Below, piece after piece: positions 17,929-25,213 of a DNA stretch of 36,336 nucleotides. Each line of letters begins with the position of its first letter. The first letter of the stretch is position 1. The stretch is from the NCBI RefSeq assembly GCF_020103725.1, contig NZ_JAHXBG010000030.1, positions 1 through 36,336 on the forward strand, given 5' to 3'. Made by a program: the position numbers and the translations under genes. Below the pieces are notes generated by a model that was not told where the DNA came from, made no database searches, and worked only from the letters and a program-made list of their open reading frames with translations. This DNA is from Hyalangium gracile (GTDB lineage Bacteria > Myxococcota > Myxococcia > Myxococcales > Myxococcaceae).

Positions 17929-19320
17929 CTACTCCTGTGCCTTGATCTGTTGCAGCGCCCGCGACGCCAGCGCGTTGTCCGGCTGCTCCTCCAGGACCTT
18001 GAGGAGCCACTTCTCCGCCTCCTCGCTCGTCGCCCGCCGATCCTCCGCCTTCCGCGTCCTCAACGCCTGCTCCGTGTAGAGCAGCCCCAGCCTCAAGGCG
18101 AACTCCATGTTCTCCGGGTCTTTTTCGACCACACGCTTCAGCTCACGCTCGGCCGCCGGGAAGTCACCCTCGAGCTGGTACACCATCGACAGCTTGCCTC
18201 GAGGAACCGCCGCCTCCGGCTGCAGCGAAGTCAGGATGCGGAACGCCTCGCGCGCCGCCGGCAGATCCCGCCGATCCAGGCTCAGATCCCCCAGCCGCCC
18301 CCAGGCCTCGTCCAGCAGCGGGTTGAGCGCCACCGCCTTCGAGAAGGCCTCCCGCGCCGCGTCCGCCCTCTGGCGCGAGAGGTACAGCTCGCCCAGGTAG
18401 AACTGGTTCTTTCCGTCCCTCGGCGCCAGCTCGATGGCCTGCTTGAACTCGTCCACCGCCCGGCCCGCGTCATCCAGCCGCTGGTAGGCCAGCCCCAGCA
18501 GCGCGTGCACCACCGCCAGGTCCGGGTAGTCGTGCAGGATCTCCTCGAAGGCCAGGATGGCCTGCTGCGGCACGTCCAGCTCCTGCAGGAACCGCATGCC
18601 CTCCTCGAGCTTGCCCTCGGCCGCCTTCGGGAAGCCCGCGAAGGGATCCGCGATCTGGTTCATCAGCGCCCGTGCCGTCGTCACCTCCGACGCACTGGGC
18701 GACGCCCGAACCACGGCCCCCAGCGCGGCCACCGCGCCCACGCTGTCTCCCGTGCGGTGCAGCGCCTTTGCCAGCGGCAGCCGGATGGCCGCCCGTTCCG
18801 GTGCGAGCTCGGTGGCTCGGCGCAGCGGGCCCAGCGCCTCCGCGTACTGCTCGGACTCCAGTCGGGCGATGCCCAGGCGGTAGTGGAACTCGGCCTCGCT
18901 CGGGGCCATGGAGATGGCTCGCTCGAAGGCGGCCACCGCCGGCGCTCCGGCGTCCGAGGCTCGGGAGAAGTACGCCAGCCCCAGCATGTAGTGGTTCACC
19001 GCCCGCTCGGACTGGGTGTTGCGGCGCTGGAGCTCCGCGATCCAGGTGTCCGTGCGGCCCGTCTTCACCTGCGCCTCGGTGAGGGCTCGCGCCACGCTTA
19101 AATCGTCCGGGCTCTTCGCGTGCAGATCCTCCAGGAGTGGCAGGGCCCGGGCCGGCTGGTTCTCTTCCAGGTAGACCTGGGCCTGCTCTCTTGGGCTGAG
19201 CGCTCGCTCCATCGAGGAGCCGTGGCTGCAGCCCGTCAGCAGGCTCCAGCCGAGCATGGCGGCGAGGGTGGGGGGGTAGAGCAGGGAGGCGCGGCGAAGG
19301 GTGGGCAGCTTCACGTTCAA
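17929..19320 (-). CDS. TPR-repeat lipoprotein
   Basis: 463 aa. N-terminal signal with lipobox LLTGC. Multiple TPR-like 34-aa repeats (for example ALLGLAYQRLDDAGRAVDEFKQAIELAP). Its start lies 2 nt after the stop of the upstream acyltransferase gene. Confidence 0.75.
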   Translation of the reverse strand: MNVKLPTLRRASLLYPPTLAAMLGWSLLTGCSHGSSMERALSPREQAQVYLEENQPARALPLLEDLHAKSPDDLSVARALTEAQVKTGRTDTWIAELQRRNTQSERAVNHYMLGLAYFSRASDAGAPAVAAFERAISMAPSEAEFHYRLGIARLESEQYAEALGPLRRATELAPERAAIRLPLAKALHRTGDSVGAVAALGAVVRASPSASEVTTARALMNQIADPFAGFPKAAEGKLEEGMRFLQELDVPQQAILAFEEILHDYPDLAVVHALLGLAYQRLDDAGRAVDEFKQAIELAPRDGKNQFYLGELYLSRQRADAAREAFSKAVALNPLLDEAWGRLGDLSLDRRDLPAAREAFRILTSLQPEAAVPRGKLSMVYQLEGDFPAAERELKRVVEKDPENMEFALRLGLLYTEQALRTRKAEDRRATSEEAEKWLLKVLEEQPDNALASRALQQIKAQE

Positions 19321-19322
19321 GG

Positions 19323-20117
19323 TCAGGAGATCTTCTCTGCGGCGGGGGACGGGCGGCTGAAGCCTTCATGGCCGGCGGCGGCGATCGCGTCCTCGAGATC
19401 TCCACCCTTGCCGCCCAGCTCCAGGCTGTCGGCGATGATCACCGCGCGGACGGCGCGGGCAAGCCCCTCGCGGTCATCCGGCGCGAACGCCGTCGTGTCG
19501 ATGGGCTTGCCGATTTTCACGTGCACCGGGCCCGGGACGATGTCCCAGGAGTTCTTCGGCATGATCTTCCCGGTGCCCTCGATGGTGACCGGGCAGATGG
19601 GCACGCGGGCCTCGAGCGCCAGCGCGAACGGGCCCTTCTTGAAGGGCAGGATCCGCCCGTCCGGAGAGCGTGTGCCCTCGGGGTAGAGGAAGATGCTGGT
19701 GCCGTTGCGGATCTTCCTGCCCGCGATCTCCAGCGACTGGATGGCCGCCTGCCGGTTCCGGCGGTTGACGAAGATGTGCCCGGCAATCCACAGGTACCAG
19801 CCGATGCCCGGCACCCACCGCAGCTGGCTCTTGGCCACGTACCGGAAGGGCACCGGCACCGTGACGAAGTGCGCCGGGATGTCGAGCGTGGACTGGTGGT
19901 TGCCCACGTAGATGGTGGGGCGCCTGGGATCCACGTTCTCCTGGCCGTGCACCACCAGGCGAGCGCCGCCCGCCCACAGCAGCACGGGCGACCAGAGGTG
20001 GCGGCAGATCCAGACCGTGGCGTCGCCGCCGAGGATGAGGAGGGTCAGGAACGTGAACGGGAACAAGAACATCGTCCACGCTCCCGCAACGAACATGCAG
20101 AAGAGCTTACGTGCCAT
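19323..20117 (-). CDS. plsC: 1-acyl-sn-glycerol-3-phosphate acyltransferase family (LPLAT/PlsC-like)
   Basis: 264 aa with an N-terminal TM, an HX4D motif (NHQSTLD) and a PEGTRS motif diagnostic of the PlsC acyltransferase family. I cannot decide the exact lipid substrate from sequence. Confidence 0.75.
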   Translation of the reverse strand: MARKLFCMFVAGAWTMFLFPFTFLTLLILGGDATVWICRHLWSPVLLWAGGARLVVHGQENVDPRRPTIYVGNHQSTLDIPAHFVTVPVPFRYVAKSQLRWVPGIGWYLWIAGHIFVNRRNRQAAIQSLEIAGRKIRNGTSIFLYPEGTRSPDGRILPFKKGPFALALEARVPICPVTIEGTGKIMPKNSWDIVPGPVHVKIGKPIDTTAFAPDDREGLARAVRAVIIADSLELGGKGGDLEDAIAAAGHEGFSRPSPAAEKIS

Positions 20118-20394
20118 CTGAGGCCTTGGAGTGAGAGCCTGCCATACCCGGAGCGCTTGCGCGTTCCCGTTGTGCGTCCCTGGCCCGCCAGGCCTCCCTG
20201 GCGCCCCGGAGGGCTCCCGGGCGAGCAGTGGGCATCTGCTGGCGGCCAGGGCCCCTGGGCACTACCCCAGAGGCCACACCGAGCGTACGGGGGGCGGAGC
20301 AGGACGGGGGCATGGAGCGGCGGGTTCTACCACGGACCGCCCCCGCCTTTGGTGCTGGTATGCGTCGCCCGGTGAGGCTACAAGCAGGGGTGGC

Positions 20395-21009
20395 GTGGCC
20401 AGGAAAAAGTTCATCGCCGTCGCAGGCAACATCGGCGCCGGCAAGACAGAGCTCACTTCGTTCCTCTGCCGCAAGTACGGGCTCACTCCGTACTTCGAGC
20501 CGAACGATCAGAACCCCTATCTGGCCGACTTCTACAAGGACATGAAGAAGTGGGCGTTCCGGTCGCAGATCTTCTTCCTCACCCACAAGTTCCGGCTCCA
20601 CCGCGAGATGGAGCGCCATGCCGGCACCGTCCTACAGGATCGCACCATCTATGAGGACGCGGAGATCTTCGCCAAGAACCTGCACCGCCAGCGCTTCATC
20701 GACCGGCGCGACTGGCAGATGTACCGCGAGCTCTATGAGACGATCTCCCAGGTGCTGACCCCGCCCGACCTGATGATCTACCTGCGCTGCCCGGTGCAGA
20801 CCCTCAAGGAGCGCATCCGGCTGCGCGGCCGAGCCATGGAGAAGGACATCCCCACGCTCTACCTCAAGCGCCTCAATGCCCTGTACGAGGAATGGTTCAG
20901 TAACTACAAGATGTCGCCCGTCCTCGTTCTCCCGACGGACAAGCTGGATTACCTGACCAACCTGGTGGATCGCGTGGATCTCTTCCGCCAGATCGAGAAG
21001 CACCTGTGA
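20395..21009 (+). CDS. Deoxynucleoside kinase (dNK / deoxyadenosine-deoxyguanosine kinase family)
   Basis: 204 aa from GTG 20395. P-loop IAVAGNIGAGKTELT and dNK-like motifs (YFEPNDQNPYL, FRSQIFFLTHKFR, DRTIYEDAEIFAKNL). The ORF-track extension from 20131 has no homology and is probably not translated. Confidence 0.75.
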   Translation: MARKKFIAVAGNIGAGKTELTSFLCRKYGLTPYFEPNDQNPYLADFYKDMKKWAFRSQIFFLTHKFRLHREMERHAGTVLQDRTIYEDAEIFAKNLHRQRFIDRRDWQMYRELYETISQVLTPPDLMIYLRCPVQTLKERIRLRGRAMEKDIPTLYLKRLNALYEEWFSNYKMSPVLVLPTDKLDYLTNLVDRVDLFRQIEKHL

Positions 21010-22184
21010 AGGAGGTCTACGCTCTGGCCACCGAGTCGTCCTCCTCGCCGTCCCTGGCCGAGCTGCGCCATACGTTCGAGTCGGATGACGTGCGCTTCTC
21101 GCCGCGCGAGGGGGAGGCCGGGTTCATCGTCCAGGCCGAGGGGACCCGCGTGGAGGTGCGCTTCAGCACCCAGGGGCCCTCCTTCGAGGGCGCCGATCAG
21201 CGCCTGCTGACCGGCAGCGAGGAGGCCCAGCAGGCCTTCCAGCGCGCCAAGGGCTTCTTCTACATCTCCGTGGAGCCGGGCTCCGGGCCCCAGCCCACCG
21301 TGCCCGTCTTCGAGGCGCTGTGGTGCGCGCGCTCGCTGATGGAGCTCACCCAGGGCGTGCTGCTGGATCTCACCTCGTACAAGCTGCACGACGTGGCGGA
21401 CGTGGTGGAGATCACCGAGCTGGACTTCGACATCCGCGACCATGTGAACCTCCACGCCGTGGCCGCCATCGAGGGCGACACCCCCCTGTGGGTGCACTCG
21501 CACGGGATGGAGAAGTTCGGCACGCGGGACCTGGAGATCTTCCACCTGGGCGAGGAGGACCTGCTGGCCGCGGAGATGTTCCTCCACGAGCTGTGCACCG
21601 ACATGGCCTTCGGCCAGGGCCCCGAGCCTCGCAAGGAGGTGCACACCAGCGAGGGCCAGTCCTTCATGATGGTCCCCTCCGAGGAGGCTCGCATCAACCT
21701 GCTGGGCGTGCCGCTGGAGACCTTCGAGGGCCACGAGGCGCTGTTCCTCAGCGTGGTGTCCCCCCTGGGCCGGCACAACACCGCCGAGCTCTTGCGCCCG
21801 TACCGCGAGCGCTTCGTGCCCGAGCCCGAGGAGCGCACCGAGTCGCTGCGCGTCGAGTCCCAGGCCCTGCTGCCCGCCTTCAAGGCTCGCTTCCAGCGCA
21901 AGGGGCTCATGGAGCCGCTCACCTTCCTGGTGCGCGCTCCCTTCGAGACCCACCCCGAGGGCCAGGCCGTCGAGGAGAACCTCTGGCTGGAGGTCATGCT
22001 CTGGGAGGAGGGCACGGTGGTGGGCAAGCTGGTGGATGGCGCCGTCCACACCACCGAGTGGCGCAAGGGCGCCCAGGTCGAGGTGGACGAGGAGCACGTC
22101 AACGCGCTCGCCATCAGCCGCGAGGGGCGCACCCTGGACGAGGAGGAGATGCGCGCCCTGCTCATCGCCGAGCGGCCCATGTAA
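21006..22184 (+). CDS. Hypothetical protein, function unknown; the C-terminal roughly 120 aa may resemble DUF2314/YegJ-like domains (from memory, unverified)
   Basis: 392 aa, acidic, no TM or signal peptide. GTG start overlaps the dNK stop (GTGA), suggesting translational coupling. High GC3 supports that it is coding. Confidence 0.6.
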   Translation: MKEVYALATESSSSPSLAELRHTFESDDVRFSPREGEAGFIVQAEGTRVEVRFSTQGPSFEGADQRLLTGSEEAQQAFQRAKGFFYISVEPGSGPQPTVPVFEALWCARSLMELTQGVLLDLTSYKLHDVADVVEITELDFDIRDHVNLHAVAAIEGDTPLWVHSHGMEKFGTRDLEIFHLGEEDLLAAEMFLHELCTDMAFGQGPEPRKEVHTSEGQSFMMVPSEEARINLLGVPLETFEGHEALFLSVVSPLGRHNTAELLRPYRERFVPEPEERTESLRVESQALLPAFKARFQRKGLMEPLTFLVRAPFETHPEGQAVEENLWLEVMLWEEGTVVGKLVDGAVHTTEWRKGAQVEVDEEHVNALAISREGRTLDEEEMRALLIAERPM

Positions 22185-22302
22185 CCCAGCCCGCCGGCCG
22201 GCACGACGCGCCGGGCTGGCGCGTTGCGGTGTCCGCCCGCGTCGCGAGATCCGACTCGAGGTCGCTTGCCCGGAGCACGCGGGGCGCTAGGCTCCGCGCG
22301 CC

Positions 22303-24003
22303 ATGCCAGCCCTGCTGCTGCTCACCGGTCCTTCCGCTGGCCGCCGCTACGAGGTGGTCTCGGAAGTCACGATCGGTCGCAGCCCCTCCTGCGAGATCCA
22401 GATCGAGGACGACAAGGTGTCCCGGCGGCACGCTCGCATCTTCGTGCGCGCGGGGCAGGTGTGGCTGCGCGATCTGGAGTCCCGCAACGGCACGCTCGTC
22501 AACGGGCAGCGCCTGGAGGGCGAGGCCTGCCTGCTGCCCGGCGATCGCGTCCAGGTGGGGGAGACCACCGTCATCTACGAGCCGCTCAGCCAGGCGGCCC
22601 TGGCGCAGACGGAGCCGCTCGACGCCAGCCATGTGCCCATCGCCGAGGTGCTGCCTCACGTGGGCCCCCAGGCGGCCCTCTTCTCGGCGGGCGTGGCCCT
22701 GCTGGGAGCCACCAGCGAGGCCATGGTGCTGCGGCGCCTGGTGGAGGAGGCCCTGCACGCGCTCAATGCGGACCGCGCCGCGGCGCTGCTGGGCCGGCAG
22801 GAGGGGTTGCTCACCGCGGCCGTGTCCGGCGCGGCCTCCGTGGAGGTGCCTCGCGCCATGGCGAGCATGGCTTTGGAGCTGAAGGAGGTGGCCTCCTCGG
22901 GCACCGCGCTGTGCGCTCCACTGGTGGCCTCGGGGGGCATGCCCTTCGGGCTGTTGTTCGTGGGGTGCAACGAGCCCCGCTTCGGCGCCCTGGAGGTCCA
23001 GCTCGTGGCGGCGCTCGGGCGCATGGGCGGCGAGGCGTACACCGCCATGCGCTCGCGCGCGGTGGAGGAGCAGGCCCAGGTGGAGCTGGTCGGCACGTCC
23101 CGGCCGTTCCGCCGCATGGTGGAGCAGGCCCGCCGCGCCGCCGCCAGCGCCGCTCCCGTGGTCATCTCGGGGGACCCCGGGGCGGGCAAGAGCCTGCTGG
23201 CCCGGTTCGTCCACTCCCACTCGCCGCGAGGGCTCGGGCCGCTGGTGGCGGTGGACTGCCGGCAGCCGACCGTGGAGGAGCTCCTCTTCGGTGGGCCCAG
23301 CACTCCCGGCCAGCCCCCGCGCTCCTCCGCGCTCCTGCGCGCGGATGGAGGCTCGCTGCTGCTCCAGCACGTGGAGGCGCTGTCGGGCGCCATCGTCGAG
23401 CGGCTGACGCGGATGCTCGCGCGCAAGGTGGCTCCGGCGCGGCAGGGCGGCGAGGAGCCCGTGGACCTGCGCCTCATCGCCACCGCGAGCGCCCCCGCCC
23501 AGCTCCTGGCCGCCAAGGGGGAGATGGACATGGCCCTGGCGATGGCTCTGTCCGGGCTGGAGATCGAGGTGCCTCCGCTCCGCGAGCGCCGCGCCGATGT
23601 GCTCACGCTCTTCGAGCACTTCGCCCGGCGTGGAGTGGGGGATGCTCGGAAGCCTCCGCCCGTGCTGAGCCCTGGGGCCCGGCGCCTGCTGACCGACTAT
23701 GCGTGGCCGCAGAACGTCCGCGAGCTGAAGCTGGTGAGCGAGCGGCTCGCGCGCCTGTACGCCGGCAGCGAGGTGCACACGCTGCGCCTGCCTCCGGAGA
23801 TCCAGGAGGGCTCGGTGGACTCGGAGCCGCGCAGCCTGCAGCAGATGGTCGAGCGACTGGAGCGGGATGCCATCATCGAAGCGCTCCAGGCCGCGGGAGG
23901 GCGGAAGATCCGCGCGGCGGAGCGCCTGGGCATCAGCCGTCCCACGCTCGACAAGAAGATCGAGGAGTACGCCATCCGCGTGGAGCGGTCTCGGCGGAGC
24001 TGA
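22303..24003 (+). CDS. FHA-domain sigma-54-dependent transcriptional regulator (bacterial enhancer-binding protein family) with C-terminal Fis-type HTH
   Basis: 566 aa. N-terminal FHA (GRSPSCEIQIEDDKVSRRHARIF...LRDLESRNGTLVNGQRL). Central AAA+ domain with Walker A GDPGAGKS. C-terminal HTH (KIRAAERLGISRPTLDKKIEEY). The GAFTGA loop is degenerate (ELLFGGPSTPGQPP). Confidence 0.8.
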   Translation: MPALLLLTGPSAGRRYEVVSEVTIGRSPSCEIQIEDDKVSRRHARIFVRAGQVWLRDLESRNGTLVNGQRLEGEACLLPGDRVQVGETTVIYEPLSQAALAQTEPLDASHVPIAEVLPHVGPQAALFSAGVALLGATSEAMVLRRLVEEALHALNADRAAALLGRQEGLLTAAVSGAASVEVPRAMASMALELKEVASSGTALCAPLVASGGMPFGLLFVGCNEPRFGALEVQLVAALGRMGGEAYTAMRSRAVEEQAQVELVGTSRPFRRMVEQARRAAASAAPVVISGDPGAGKSLLARFVHSHSPRGLGPLVAVDCRQPTVEELLFGGPSTPGQPPRSSALLRADGGSLLLQHVEALSGAIVERLTRMLARKVAPARQGGEEPVDLRLIATASAPAQLLAAKGEMDMALAMALSGLEIEVPPLRERRADVLTLFEHFARRGVGDARKPPPVLSPGARRLLTDYAWPQNVRELKLVSERLARLYAGSEVHTLRLPPEIQEGSVDSEPRSLQQMVERLERDAIIEALQAAGGRKIRAAERLGISRPTLDKKIEEYAIRVERSRRS

Positions 24004-24012
24004 GGGGGGACC

Positions 24013-25089
24013 ATGAAGTTTCAGCAGATCGCTCAGTACCGGCTCCAGCAGCAGCAGATTGCCCGGACGCGGTTCAAGACTCCGGGACAGATCGTCTCCT
24101 GGCTCGGGGCCCTCCAGGCGCAAGACTATCCCGGGGCGAAGTGGTCCATCGGCCTGCGGCTGCCGGACACCACCGATGCGGACGTCGAGCAGGCCATCGC
24201 CGACGGGGCCATCGTCCGCTCGTGGCCGATGCGCGGCACGCTCCACATCGTGGCTCCGGAGGATCTGCGCTGGATGCTGGCGCTCCTGGCTCCCCGCAAC
24301 ATGGAGAGCGCCGCCCTGCGGCACCGGCAGATCGGCCTGACGGCCGCCAGGTTCTCGCGCAGCCAGAAGCTCTTCACCAAGGCCTTGCAGGGCGGCCAGG
24401 CCCTGACGCGCGACGAGCTGTATGCCGTGCTGGAGCGCGCCCGGCTCTCGACGGACAGCCAGCGCGGGTATCACTTCTTGTGGAGGGCGGCTCAGGAGGG
24501 GCTGATCTGCTTCGGCCCCACGCGCGGCAAGCAGCAGACCTTCGTGCTCCTGGACGAGTGGGTGCCCGCGTCCAGGAAGCTCGATCGCGAGGAGTCCCTG
24601 GCGGAGCTGGCGATGCGCTACTTCACCAGCCACGGCCCCGCCACGTTGCAGGACTTCCTGTGGTGGTCCGGGCTGAAAGCCGCCGAGGCGAGAGCCGCGC
24701 TGGACTCGGTCTCCTCGCGGCTCGAGCAGGTGACCGTGGACGGACAGGAATACTGGCTGGCCCGCGACCTGCGAGCGCCGAGAGCCGCCTCTCCCACCGC
24801 CTATCTGTTGCCGGGCTTCGATGAGTACATGCTCGGCTACACGGACCGCGGCGCCGTGGTCGCGCCGGAGCATCGGAAGAAGTGGCTCCCCACCAACGGG
24901 ATGTTCAGCCCGATCGTCGTCATTGACGGCCAGGTGCTGGGCACCTGGAAGCGGACGCTCAAGAAGAAGGCGCTGGTCGTGACGGTCCGCTCGTTCGTTC
25001 CGCTGAGCAAGGCCCAGAAGCGCGCGGTCGAAGCCGCGGCCGAGCCCTATGGCCGCTTCATGGGCGCACCCGTCGAGCTGTCCTTCTGA
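24013..25089 (+). CDS. AlkZ/YcaQ-like winged-helix DNA glycosylase (HTH_42 / DUF1006 family)
   Basis: 358 aa. Q35-A36-Q37 (LGALQAQDY) sits at the position of the AlkZ catalytic Q-x-Q motif. Overall length and layout match YcaQ/AlkZ. It starts 9 nt after the EBP stop. Confidence 0.65.
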   Translation: MKFQQIAQYRLQQQQIARTRFKTPGQIVSWLGALQAQDYPGAKWSIGLRLPDTTDADVEQAIADGAIVRSWPMRGTLHIVAPEDLRWMLALLAPRNMESAALRHRQIGLTAARFSRSQKLFTKALQGGQALTRDELYAVLERARLSTDSQRGYHFLWRAAQEGLICFGPTRGKQQTFVLLDEWVPASRKLDREESLAELAMRYFTSHGPATLQDFLWWSGLKAAEARAALDSVSSRLEQVTVDGQEYWLARDLRAPRAASPTAYLLPGFDEYMLGYTDRGAVVAPEHRKKWLPTNGMFSPIVVIDGQVLGTWKRTLKKKALVVTVRSFVPLSKAQKRAVEAAAEPYGRFMGAPVELSF

Positions 25090-25213
25090 GCTCGCGGGAG
25101 CAGGAAGGCTACGGTGGACCCAGGTAGGATGACGGGAAACCCTCAGTGGAACGGGACTGGCGCCGCGAGCAGAATGAGGGGGTTCTCGTGCTTCTCCTGT
25201 CTCGAGGTGCTTC

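Noticed and set aside
17020-19101. 693-aa plus-strand ORF
   Set aside because: It is antisense to the TPR-lipoprotein and membrane-protein genes. It is Arg/Leu/Pro-rich with no motifs. The minus-strand genes have TPR repeats, a lipobox and a TM helix.
20131-20394. 88-aa N-terminal extension of the dNK ORF (start at 20131)
   Set aside because: The extension is Gly/Arg/Pro-rich with no homology. dNK-family proteins begin within a few residues of the P-loop. GTG 20395 gives MARKKFIAVAGNIGAGKT, the canonical N-terminus.
25090-25213. Possible sigma-54 promoter upstream of the 957-aa gene (CTGGCGCCGCGAGCAGA)
   Set aside because: The GG-N10-GC spacing does not fit. The -12 element is absent.
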